Below are positions 38,290 through 46,938 of a DNA stretch of 64,000 nt, piece after piece. The notes beneath the pieces are model-generated. The model ran no database searches. It was given only the letters and a program-made list of their open reading frames with translations, and was not told the origin of the DNA. The position numbers and the translations under genes were made by a program. Positions within the stretch are counted from its first letter, which is position 1, and each line of letters opens with the position of its first letter. Origin of the DNA: Candidatus Latescibacterota bacterium (GTDB taxonomy: Bacteria; Latescibacterota; UBA2968); assembly GCA_965207885.1 (NCBI GenBank), contig OZ242311.1:3520001-3584000 (forward strand), written 5' to 3'.

Positions 38290-38586
38290 TCAAACCGTCG
38301 GCTGTAGTTCATAGCGCTTGACCATGATCTGGTCTTCTTTTTTACGCGCTTGCACCAAATTATAAGCGGTCTGACGGCGCAGCCAGAACTCAGCATTAGA
38401 CCATCCGGCCTTCTCCAACCGAATAGCCATCTCCGGTGAAATAGCCGCATGACCGTTCAGTACACGTGAAAGCGTATGACGAGCTACACCCAACACCTTC
38501 GCCGCTTCGGCAATATTCAGACCAAGGGGTTCCAGACAGTTCTTTTTGATACTGAGACCCGGATGAGGTGGATTCTTCATAGACAT
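38290..38586 (-). CDS. higA: HigA family antitoxin
   Basis: [18 protein letters not shown] and WLxxQxxY motifs. Confidence 0.9.
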   Translation of the reverse strand: MSMKNPPHPGLSIKKNCLEPLGLNIAEAAKVLGVARHTLSRVLNGHAAISPEMAIRLEKAGWSNAEFWLRRQTAYNLVQARKKEDQIMVKRYELQPTV

Positions 38587-38619
38587 AAATATCCCTGATC
38601 GCCCTTCAATGGATATTCA

Positions 38620-38940
38620 CTATTGGTTCAGGCTTTTCTGGATAGTTCCCAGGTCTCGATTGATGTCTTCGAGATCGTATTGGGCTGGTACTTTTCTGTC
38701 ACGCGCATAGTCCATCATCTCCCATAAGGAAACACTAGCATCGCGAGCAGCTCGTGCCAGTGTGAGCTTTCCATCCCCGTATAGACGGGCATAGTGCTCC
38801 AGCTTCCATTGCTGGATTGCTTTTGACAGCAGGCGCCTCACAGTAGTCGAGCGATCAGACTGCTCGACATCCTCGATGAGTTCCAATTCACGTACTAATT
38901 CCAAGGGGAGCCTCGTTCCTACCATACGTTCCTTTTTCAT
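38620..38940 (-). CDS. UPF0175-like (RHH/HTH) antitoxin
   Basis: DRSTTVRRLL and YxxGKLTLARAA; ATGA overlap with the PIN gene. Confidence 0.75.
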   Translation of the reverse strand: MKKERMVGTRLPLELVRELELIEDVEQSDRSTTVRRLLSKAIQQWKLEHYARLYGDGKLTLARAARDASVSLWEMMDYARDRKVPAQYDLEDINRDLGTIQKSLNQ

Positions 38941-39452
38941 AGCTTCGCCTCCCGTGCGAGTCTCAATACTTCCGCTACAACAGTTGGAGATATCCACAAG
39001 ATCTGACTGAGATCTCGAAGCAGGACCTCCAATTCTCCCAAGTTAAGATGCTGTAGCAAGTATGCTTCCAATAATGTACCGGCAGTGCCCAGATATTCTA
39101 CCCCGGCTGCCTCAGCTACACTGCGAGCCTCCTTATCGTCAACGATTAGCCGCAAGTCACGAATACTCGCCAGTGCGATGGACTCAGATTCTCCTTGATC
39201 CAGACGAGAGCGCCTCGTTAGACGTTGCATCAGGTTGCGCTCCTCAGCGGTCAAACGAACCGTTTGTAACCAATCGGCTTCCAAAGCAGCCTCAATCTGC
39301 TCTACACCCAAGGCATGTATAGCTCTGCCAGCATCAATTGTTTCCGCCTTCACGATAGGTCCGATCAGAACCTTATCATAGAGGTCATTCAAGAGCCGCA
39401 AACGCTGAAGCTTGGCGAGGACGATCAATGGGGAAGCGTCGGCTACAATCAC
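38937..39452 (-). CDS. PIN-domain toxin (DUF3368-like)
   Basis: IVADASPLI, LDxGESESIAL, DDKEAR and GTxGxLL motifs. Confidence 0.85.
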   Translation of the reverse strand: MIVADASPLIVLAKLQRLRLLNDLYDKVLIGPIVKAETIDAGRAIHALGVEQIEAALEADWLQTVRLTAEERNLMQRLTRRSRLDQGESESIALASIRDLRLIVDDKEARSVAEAAGVEYLGTAGTLLEAYLLQHLNLGELEVLLRDLSQILWISPTVVAEVLRLAREAKL

Positions 39453-39663
39453 TTAATCTCCTTACATATCAGGCCATCACTATGGTTTTAAGTTAACAAA
39501 ATTAACAAATGTTTTCAAGGCCAATCTCCAACACAAACCGTTATATATAATTTATGAGAACGAGTGCGTAATCACCCACTTCATGGCCGTGCTTACGATT
39601 AAAACATATCATATTGGTAAAAATATAATAAATGGTTACTTTTTAAGTACCAAAGGAGAAACA

Positions 39664-39864
39664 ATGGATAATGAAAATTACATTGCCGCGAATATTGACC
39701 GGCTACAGCCGAATCAGCAGTTGACCCAAGAGGAATTCGCTCGAAGAGCAGGCCTCGTGCGGCAAGCACTCGAGCAGGAGTACATCTCACTCGGGCGTGC
39801 CGCTGAGCTTCTGGGGCTAAGTCGTGAGGAAATGAGAAGGTATTTACGTGAGTGGGCGGGGTAA
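39664..39864 (+). pseudogene. Internally deleted XRE-HTH regulator remnant
   Basis: XRE start (IAANI...LTQEEFARRAGL) joined directly to ISLGRAAELLGLS, which resembles the C-terminus of HTH-ImmA/IrrE proteins. Confidence 0.45.
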
Positions 39865-39877
39865 ATGGCGATGACCG

Positions 39878-40780
39878 TCACTTCATCACCCCGAACAACG
39901 CGAAGGAGAAATTTGGTGCGGGATCAACCAGGTCGCTTCTGTCCTTTAGATAACGGCGTTTTTGCTCCTCGGGCGGAATGGTTTCTATCTCCACAAAGCC
40001 AATGCGCGACATCTCGTCATTCAATTCCTCGGGCGTAAATATGGACAACATCGGCTCCCCGCGGCGAGCCACGAATCGGTCCAACCTGTCGGCAAAAGGC
40101 AAGCTCTCCTCGGGGATAAGATGCCTGGCGAGCTTATAATCGAAAACAATGCGGCTGCCCGGCGCAGCGACATCTGCAACGCGACCAAATGTCTCCCGTA
40201 TCGCGTCCTTGGTGAGATAATAGGTCGTTCCCAACCAGGAAAAAAAAGCGGGCTTCTCTGGATCGAATCCCGCCCGGGTAAGTGCCTCATTCAGTTGGTC
40301 GGTCTCAAAATCAATGGGAACAAATACCAGATTGGACGGAACATCGCCGTTGACCGCGTGCACCTGTTTCTCTTTTGTCGCCTGAGTCGCGGGATGATCC
40401 AACTCGAATATACGCACGCGATCCGCAAGCTCCTTGTGGCGCATAGAAAACGTATCGAGACCGGCACCGAGGATCACATACTGACCGACGCCCTCCGCAA
40501 TCGCCTCCATAAGACGGTCTTCGGCATATCTGGCTCGCAGGATAACCTCGGTGTGTACGGGACGAAAAGACTGGAACACTGTGTGAACAACAAACTGGCC
40601 AATCAGTCTGTTCTTCGCAATCACACGCCAGACAAACGGTATCATGTCAATCGCATAATTATCGGCAAAAACCGGGGATTTGCTCTGCTGATGATGATAC
40701 GCACGTACACTTGCTGCGAGTGCCGCTGTCTTGCTCGTCCTGTGCTTGTGAGCGGATATTCCAGATTGAGGTGAAGACAT
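39878..40780 (-). CDS. SAM-dependent methyltransferase (LCM/YktD family)
   Basis: QYVILGAGLDT, FELDHP and WLGTTYYL motifs. Confidence 0.88.
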   Translation of the reverse strand: MSSPQSGISAHKHRTSKTAALAASVRAYHHQQSKSPVFADNYAIDMIPFVWRVIAKNRLIGQFVVHTVFQSFRPVHTEVILRARYAEDRLMEAIAEGVGQYVILGAGLDTFSMRHKELADRVRIFELDHPATQATKEKQVHAVNGDVPSNLVFVPIDFETDQLNEALTRAGFDPEKPAFFSWLGTTYYLTKDAIRETFGRVADVAAPGSRIVFDYKLARHLIPEESLPFADRLDRFVARRGEPMLSIFTPEELNDEMSRIGFVEIETIPPEEQKRRYLKDRSDLVDPAPNFSFALFGVMK

Positions 40781-40781
40781 A

Positions 40782-41753
40782 CTAATCCTTCCAAACCATC
40801 ACCACGGCCATTGTTTCATCAAGGCGCGTGTACAACAAATCAAATGCGTCAGCAGCGTCCTCAAAATCAAAACGATGGGTCACCATTGTCCGCGTCTGGA
40901 TCTTATCTTCCATCAACAACTGGATCGCTGTATCCGACCCTTGTGGCCGGTACGCGCCGTCCAGATATCCTCCAATCAGGCGTTTGCCCTGAATTTTTGA
41001 CGAATCCAGAGGCAAAGGCTCACCCTCATACAATCCCACAACCTGCAACAACCCACCCCCCCGCACCATATCTTGCGCCTGTGCAAATGCCTGCGCGCCC
41101 GCGCGTCCCCCCACAGCTTCAACCACAACATCTGCACCCCTACCATCAGTAAGCTCTTTCACCGCTGCAATCGGATCGGTATCGCCCGCATTCACCACAG
41201 CACTCGCACCCAACTGTTCGGCCAAATCACAGCGCAGGGACAGGGCATCGACCGCGATCACACGGCAATCGTGCAGATGCCGAGCAACTTGCATACAGCA
41301 ACTCCCCACCAGACCCTGTCCCAAAATCGCCATGGTATCGTTCGGACCAGCCCCAGTGTCCCGCATCCACAGCACCGAACTCGTAGCCAGGGGCCAAAAA
41401 GTCGCCGCCTCGGATGTAACCGCATCGGGTAGCGATACCACTGCTGGTTTATGGCGCGAATTGACAACCTCAACAGCCACATACTCGGCATGCGGTGCCA
41501 GAGCCGCTACCCGTTCCCCCATCGAAAAATCATCTACCTGCGCCCCCACCTGCACAATCGTTCCAGCGAGCGAATATCCCATCATCTGGTGATCAATCGC
41601 CTCTTCTCTCACATACCGCCGCCAGATCTCAGATCCCCTGCTAATCAGCGTGCGTTCTGTTCTAATAAGCACCTCTGTCTGTCGAATCTCTGGCAAAGGC
41701 ACATCTTCAATCTCGACATGGTACGCGCCTTCGGGTTTAATCACGCGCTTCAT
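40782..41753 (-). CDS. Medium-chain (MDR) dehydrogenase
   Basis: LISxGSE, GYS and GQGLVG motifs. Confidence 0.82.
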   Translation of the reverse strand: MKRVIKPEGAYHVEIEDVPLPEIRQTEVLIRTERTLISRGSEIWRRYVREEAIDHQMMGYSLAGTIVQVGAQVDDFSMGERVAALAPHAEYVAVEVVNSRHKPAVVSLPDAVTSEAATFWPLATSSVLWMRDTGAGPNDTMAILGQGLVGSCCMQVARHLHDCRVIAVDALSLRCDLAEQLGASAVVNAGDTDPIAAVKELTDGRGADVVVEAVGGRAGAQAFAQAQDMVRGGGLLQVVGLYEGEPLPLDSSKIQGKRLIGGYLDGAYRPQGSDTAIQLLMEDKIQTRTMVTHRFDFEDAADAFDLLYTRLDETMAVVMVWKD

Positions 41754-41790
41754 GGAACACCTCCCGATGGTAGTGGTTTGTAGCAATCCC

Positions 41791-43710
41791 TCAGTCTCCA
41801 GCCCCCATCATCACCCAATCGTACATCTCCCCAGCCCGTTCGACAGCGCGATCTACATCTTCGCGCAACATCAACTGCTCCTCCACCAGTACCCGAGCTG
41901 CTCGCGCCACACAGTCCAAATACGCTTCGCGGCTACCATAGCGTTTAGCAATCGATAGTCGCGAATCACCCTCGCGCTCATCCTCATCGCGCGCAAATGG
42001 CACCCACATCCCATCCAGGCCAACGAGCGCATCGGTCGCTCCGCGTTGTCGATACCGCCACCCCGTAAACGTACCCAGAGGCGCGACCACCTCTGGCATG
42101 CGAATACCAGCAATCTCATTGCCATCGCGATCGACCTGAGGCACGCGCACCCCAAAAGGACGCCCTTTTTCGGGCGGCTCGATATCGATAATCCCATCAT
42201 CCCACCTATCCCCCCAATTCAATCGCAAAGGCCGCCGCATGCGTCTGGGACTTCGCAAGTCGGGAATAGTGGGAAATTTCAAATCGTCTGCATCTACCAG
42301 AGAACCATCCGCAACACGACCATATCTGCTCTCAGGAGGATCAACGCCCTCACGCACCCAGCGGTCTAACGCAACGAGAAGCGCGCGCTCTGCATAGCGA
42401 AAATTCACGGGATTTGGAGGCACTGTTAGACGCGGCTTTTGGGGCACATCACCCGGACCGTGTTTTGTACTTGCAAAATGATAAACGCGGACCGACGGAT
42501 GAACCTCCACATCCTCTTGTCCGTTCACATCTGTGTGATTCAAAGACGCACCGCGATTCCAGTATTCGGTTGAAGTATTGGTATAAAAAATGCGCGGTGT
42601 CACCCCTGCGGCGTCACAGCGATCCAACAAGCCACCCCTCTCCATGGTTTCGGGATCTGTTTGCGGTAAATCTGTAAACGGAAACCACTCCGTGGGATAC
42701 AACGCATCAAAATGCGCGCTGGCATGCCGCGAAGGCTGTGCAAACCGATGATTAAACGATCCCCGCGCGCCGCCTGCAACATTGGCAAACACCCCATCGA
42801 AAACCTTTCGTCCAGCCTCATCCCCATTAAAGCCCTCATACAACATGTGTCGCAAAAAGCGCCCACTTTGCGACGACCCAAAAGCATAAGCCCGCTCAAT
42901 CGCATTGCCCAGTGGATTGCCATCCGTCCCGTATTTCAAAAACGACACAAAATCCCGGGTCGCGGCAAAACCCGTTCCCATCACAGTTGGATTTTTGCCC
43001 GTATAAACCAGATTGTAAATGCGCCCCGGTTCAAATCCCTGTGGAAATCGGATCGCAGCGCGCCCATCCTCCAACCGATCAAACGCCCATTGATCGCGCC
43101 CAATTTCCTCGGCTTCATCATAAGGATACGCCCGCACAGTGAGCACCGCATCGCCATCTTCCACAGGTTCATAGGGATCGTGATAGCGACTACCCAGAGA
43201 ATGCAAATCCGTCTCTGCATCAACGACAATCTCACACGACACAGGACCCGTAACATCGACCACTGGCGCGTCCAATGTCATCAAATTGATAGCGCCATCT
43301 GATTCAGACGGCACATCGGCCTGCCAACCACACGCGGCAAGCGTGTACCCCTGCCGCATCAAAAAGCTATCGCCAAAATGTGCGGCAGTATCCGGCATAT
43401 TCGATCCCGATGCCAGATTAAACATCGGTAAAATATTTTTTCGCCCGCGATTGACCACATTGTAAAACACAGTACTGTTGCCCCGAGCGACATCAACCGG
43501 CTTGAGCAAATGCACATCGGCTCGAAAAATCACCCGCCCGCTCTCGTCAACGGGCGCGAGATTTAAATCGACAATCGCCTCGTTTTGTTTGTGATTCGGA
43601 TCAAGCGCGAACCACGCACAGCCACACAGCGCCTCATAAGCACCCACAGCACCGTACAACTTGCCGTTGAGCACAGTTTTCCGAGAAGTAATTTCCAATT
43701 GCGTGAGCAT
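41791..43710 (-). CDS. Alpha/beta hydrolase domain protein (tannase-like)
   Basis: Nucleophile elbow GSSQSGR, plus VNRG, EYW and DGNE motifs. Confidence 0.75.
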   Translation of the reverse strand: MLTQLEITSRKTVLNGKLYGAVGAYEALCGCAWFALDPNHKQNEAIVDLNLAPVDESGRVIFRADVHLLKPVDVARGNSTVFYNVVNRGRKNILPMFNLASGSNMPDTAAHFGDSFLMRQGYTLAACGWQADVPSESDGAINLMTLDAPVVDVTGPVSCEIVVDAETDLHSLGSRYHDPYEPVEDGDAVLTVRAYPYDEAEEIGRDQWAFDRLEDGRAAIRFPQGFEPGRIYNLVYTGKNPTVMGTGFAATRDFVSFLKYGTDGNPLGNAIERAYAFGSSQSGRFLRHMLYEGFNGDEAGRKVFDGVFANVAGGARGSFNHRFAQPSRHASAHFDALYPTEWFPFTDLPQTDPETMERGGLLDRCDAAGVTPRIFYTNTSTEYWNRGASLNHTDVNGQEDVEVHPSVRVYHFASTKHGPGDVPQKPRLTVPPNPVNFRYAERALLVALDRWVREGVDPPESRYGRVADGSLVDADDLKFPTIPDLRSPRRMRRPLRLNWGDRWDDGIIDIEPPEKGRPFGVRVPQVDRDGNEIAGIRMPEVVAPLGTFTGWRYRQRGATDALVGLDGMWVPFARDEDEREGDSRLSIAKRYGSREAYLDCVARAARVLVEEQLMLREDVDRAVERAGEMYDWVMMGAGD

Positions 43711-43764
43711 TAACCCGCTCCAATTCTCAAATATTCTCTACCAGTTCCGATAAAAACCTACAAC

Positions 43765-44700
43765 CTAAAACGCGGTGAGATCAAAGGGATTGGACCACGC
43801 CTTGTCGCCATTTGGTGCAATAATCTCAAAACGCACGTATTTTGAGTCGGGCCGCAGCTTGAAAGTGGCGGTCTCAAACAGCTTACCGCCCTCATAGTAT
43901 TCGGTCCCCCTCGAATCTAATACCGCGGCAATGCGCTGCGCAGGTGAACATTTTACTGTGACTTCAACCGTGCGCCCTTCCCCACTATGCAACCGAATAT
44001 CAAAAATTTGCGGCCCCGTTGACGCATAACCCGCGCCAGATTCCAGGGCTTCAACAATAGCTTCTGGCGACCGTTCCTTCACGCGCACCATAGTCCAGCC
44101 CTGATACGTATCTCGCTCTTCTGAATCAGCCGCGTGGGAATCGTCATTGCCCAGTGCCGGGAGCAATTGTCCGGACAAATCCATCCAATCGTCCCAATGC
44201 ACAGAAGACTCACCGCGTCCGGCGCACCGACATGTCGTATTAAAAACTTCTATACCCGCCAAACCCGTCAGCGGCATTGTATCGCGCAAAATATTGATCC
44301 CGCTCCAGTGCGGATGTGCGAGCCAGATCGAGCCACCCTGTTTTTTTACTTCATCAATCACATGTTGCGGGGGCATAGCCCGCGCATCCATATCCTCTGA
44401 AATATTGAGTGCCACAAAGTGGTGGCGGTCCCCACCAAAGGGATTATCGGGATGCAATTCAGCACCCTGAATAAGCGTGAAATTTTCAGGACAAGTCAGT
44501 GTCTCGACAAATGTGATATTATTGTGATCGGATACACACAAATAATCGTAGCCCTGATTGACATACCCATCCACGCGTTCTTGCGGCGAGACCCGCCCAT
44601 CCGAATTTGTCGAGTGACTGTGCAAATTGCCCTTCAGCCACATATAACCATCGCCATCAGATAAAACAAACGGATTTACCAACCCATTTTCTACGGACAT
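43765..44700 (-). CDS. PHP-domain metallohydrolase (CehA/McbA-like)
   Basis: GNLHSHSxxSDG, SDHN, AHP and DDSH motifs. Confidence 0.82.
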   Translation of the reverse strand: MSVENGLVNPFVLSDGDGYMWLKGNLHSHSTNSDGRVSPQERVDGYVNQGYDYLCVSDHNNITFVETLTCPENFTLIQGAELHPDNPFGGDRHHFVALNISEDMDARAMPPQHVIDEVKKQGGSIWLAHPHWSGINILRDTMPLTGLAGIEVFNTTCRCAGRGESSVHWDDWMDLSGQLLPALGNDDSHAADSEERDTYQGWTMVRVKERSPEAIVEALESGAGYASTGPQIFDIRLHSGEGRTVEVTVKCSPAQRIAAVLDSRGTEYYEGGKLFETATFKLRPDSKYVRFEIIAPNGDKAWSNPFDLTAF

Positions 44701-44724
44701 AACAAACTCCTTTGAATTAATTTC

Positions 44725-45858
44725 TCACCTCTGCCACCAGATCTTCCCCGCCCGGACAGACGCACGACAAACCAACCGCTGCTCGCCCATCAACACCTGC
44801 TGCATTGCATCGGTCAACTCAAATTTACCCTTTTCCAATTCAAATATAGCGACATCGCCCGCAGCACCAACCCTCAGGTGTCCGAGATCATTCTCTCGAT
44901 CAATCACCTGTGCCGGTTCAATGGTTGAGCGTTGAATCACTTCCTCGAGCGACATACCCAAATTCAGGAACTTGGACATCGTCGTCGGCAAGTCGTAAAC
45001 AGGACCATCGATATTGTACGAATGGATATCACTGCTGATGGTATCGGGTGGGAAACCATCTTCCATAGCTGCGCGCCCCACGTCGTAACTAAAACTGCCC
45101 AACCCGTGACCAATGTCAAAAATTACCCCGCGATCGCGTGCATCCCATGCCTCAGAAATCACCTTTCCCCGATTGTCGATAATCGACGCGGGTTGCGTAC
45201 CGTGAAAACAATGGGTCACAATATCGCCGGGGCGCAGAGGCTGAAGCAGGTCGCGCAAAAGCACATCGGCATTGCTGATATGAACCATCAGGGGTTTTTC
45301 GCACCGATTGGCGGCCTCCAGGGCAATTTGCAACAAATCGCGCACATCCGCATCGCCGCCCACGCCTTTGTACAAACGCACCTTAACGCCCAGTGCTGTT
45401 TTCGGGTGATTCAAAACCGTCTGTGCACATTCGCTGGCCGATACATAGCCTTCATACACCATCTCGCCGCGCCGCCAGGGCAACCCGACACCCGACAGAT
45501 TGACATAGGCCAAAATACGCGTTGAAGACGGCGCCATTACATAGCGCTCCAATCCGCGATAATTGATCCATCCCGCCGTTCCCGTATCAACGCTCGTTGT
45601 CACGCCTGTGCGCGGACACAGTTCATCGGCCTCTATGCCAAAACTCGACACATCTTTGTACACATGGGTATGCAAATCGATCAGTCCCGGCGTCACGAGA
45701 CATCCGCTTGCATCAATCACTGAATCGGCCTCACCCAAATCGCGCCCAATAGCTGCTACCACGCCATCCTTCAACGCCACATCCAATGTACCCCGCACCC
45801 CATTAGCCGGGTCTATCACCGTGCCACTTGTTATCAAAACATCGTATTGACCAGCCAT
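44725..45858 (-). CDS. Amidohydrolase/deacetylase (dihydroorotase-like)
   Basis: PGLIDLHTH, GVKVR, MVH, THCFH, GHGxGSF and ISSD motifs. Confidence 0.85.
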   Translation of the reverse strand: MAGQYDVLITSGTVIDPANGVRGTLDVALKDGVVAAIGRDLGEADSVIDASGCLVTPGLIDLHTHVYKDVSSFGIEADELCPRTGVTTSVDTGTAGWINYRGLERYVMAPSSTRILAYVNLSGVGLPWRRGEMVYEGYVSASECAQTVLNHPKTALGVKVRLYKGVGGDADVRDLLQIALEAANRCEKPLMVHISNADVLLRDLLQPLRPGDIVTHCFHGTQPASIIDNRGKVISEAWDARDRGVIFDIGHGLGSFSYDVGRAAMEDGFPPDTISSDIHSYNIDGPVYDLPTTMSKFLNLGMSLEEVIQRSTIEPAQVIDRENDLGHLRVGAAGDVAIFELEKGKFELTDAMQQVLMGEQRLVCRASVRAGKIWWQR

Positions 45859-45865
45859 ACCATCC

Positions 45866-46864
45866 TCACGATCGCTCTGCAATATAAGTTTTGGAATCGA
45901 TTTTTCCCGCAACAATCAATTCGCGGAACAATGCCACAGTTTCAGCCACGCCTTCTGTCAGTGGCTTGTGCGCCACTGTGCCAATCGCAGCTTCTAATCC
46001 ACTCCCATCGACTTCCTGGGGAAATGGCAACTGAATATCTTCAAACGTAATCTTATCCGCAGCTTCAGGTGCTGCCCGATCAATCGCATCCTTCACATCC
46101 TGCATATCGGGTGCAAATCCGCCCAAATTAAACGCTCCTGCCCCCGCGTAATCAGCCCGTGCAGCCTGAATAAACGCGCGCGCCGTATCATCCGCATACT
46201 GAAAAACCGTACGCCCACCATAAGAAATATGATAGGGCAAATTCGCCGCTGCTGCGAGCATTGCCGTCGTTGGCGTAGAAGTAATTCCCTGATCTCGCCC
46301 CACCCCATAGACCACATAGGGACGAAAACCTATAGAAGACACACCCTCGTCGAGCCAATACACATGCGCGGTTCCCTCATTCGCCTGTTTGTACACGCCG
46401 TAATGCGTATGGGGCATCAACGTGGAATCATCTCGCATCACAGCGTCAGGCTCGTAATCCTCGGGCGCACCAAAAACAGCGACAGAGCTCGCATAGACCA
46501 CTTTGTCAATGCGCTCCCGTCGGCGTTTCACAGCTTCAAAAACATTTGCAGTACCCACCACATTGACGCGCGCACCAAGTGGTGGATCGGCCTTGCAAAA
46601 CGGCACTTGAAGCCCGGCCAGATGTATGACATGGGTAATATCATTATCGTCCAGAGCCTCTTCAAAAGCGGACAAATCCGCAATATCTCCTGCAACAAAA
46701 TTTACCTGCGCCAATTCGTCATCTGACAGCAACAATTGCAAACGTAGAGGCTCTGTCGCCAGATCAAATACCGTGACTGGCACCCCTTCCTGCACCAGAT
46801 TGTGCACGGTCCATGCGCCAATACACCCCAATGCACCCGTAACTAAAAAACGCTCGTCAGCCAT
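45866..46864 (-). CDS. NAD-dependent epimerase/dehydratase
   Basis: TGALGCIG and YGVYK motifs. Confidence 0.85.
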   Translation of the reverse strand: MADERFLVTGALGCIGAWTVHNLVQEGVPVTVFDLATEPLRLQLLLSDDELAQVNFVAGDIADLSAFEEALDDNDITHVIHLAGLQVPFCKADPPLGARVNVVGTANVFEAVKRRRERIDKVVYASSVAVFGAPEDYEPDAVMRDDSTLMPHTHYGVYKQANEGTAHVYWLDEGVSSIGFRPYVVYGVGRDQGITSTPTTAMLAAAANLPYHISYGGRTVFQYADDTARAFIQAARADYAGAGAFNLGGFAPDMQDVKDAIDRAAPEAADKITFEDIQLPFPQEVDGSGLEAAIGTVAHKPLTEGVAETVALFRELIVAGKIDSKTYIAERS

Positions 46865-46874
46865 AATTCCCTCT

Positions 46875-46913
46875 AAAAAAATCCGTTGGCATACACAATC
46901 ACCAACGGATTTT
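46875..46913 (-). terminator. Intrinsic terminator closing the membrane operon
   Basis: AAAATCCGTTGG/CCAACGGATTTT stem with a T-run on the minus strand. Confidence 0.75.
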
Positions 46914-46938
46914 CGTTATGAAAATAAACCCTTTGCGA

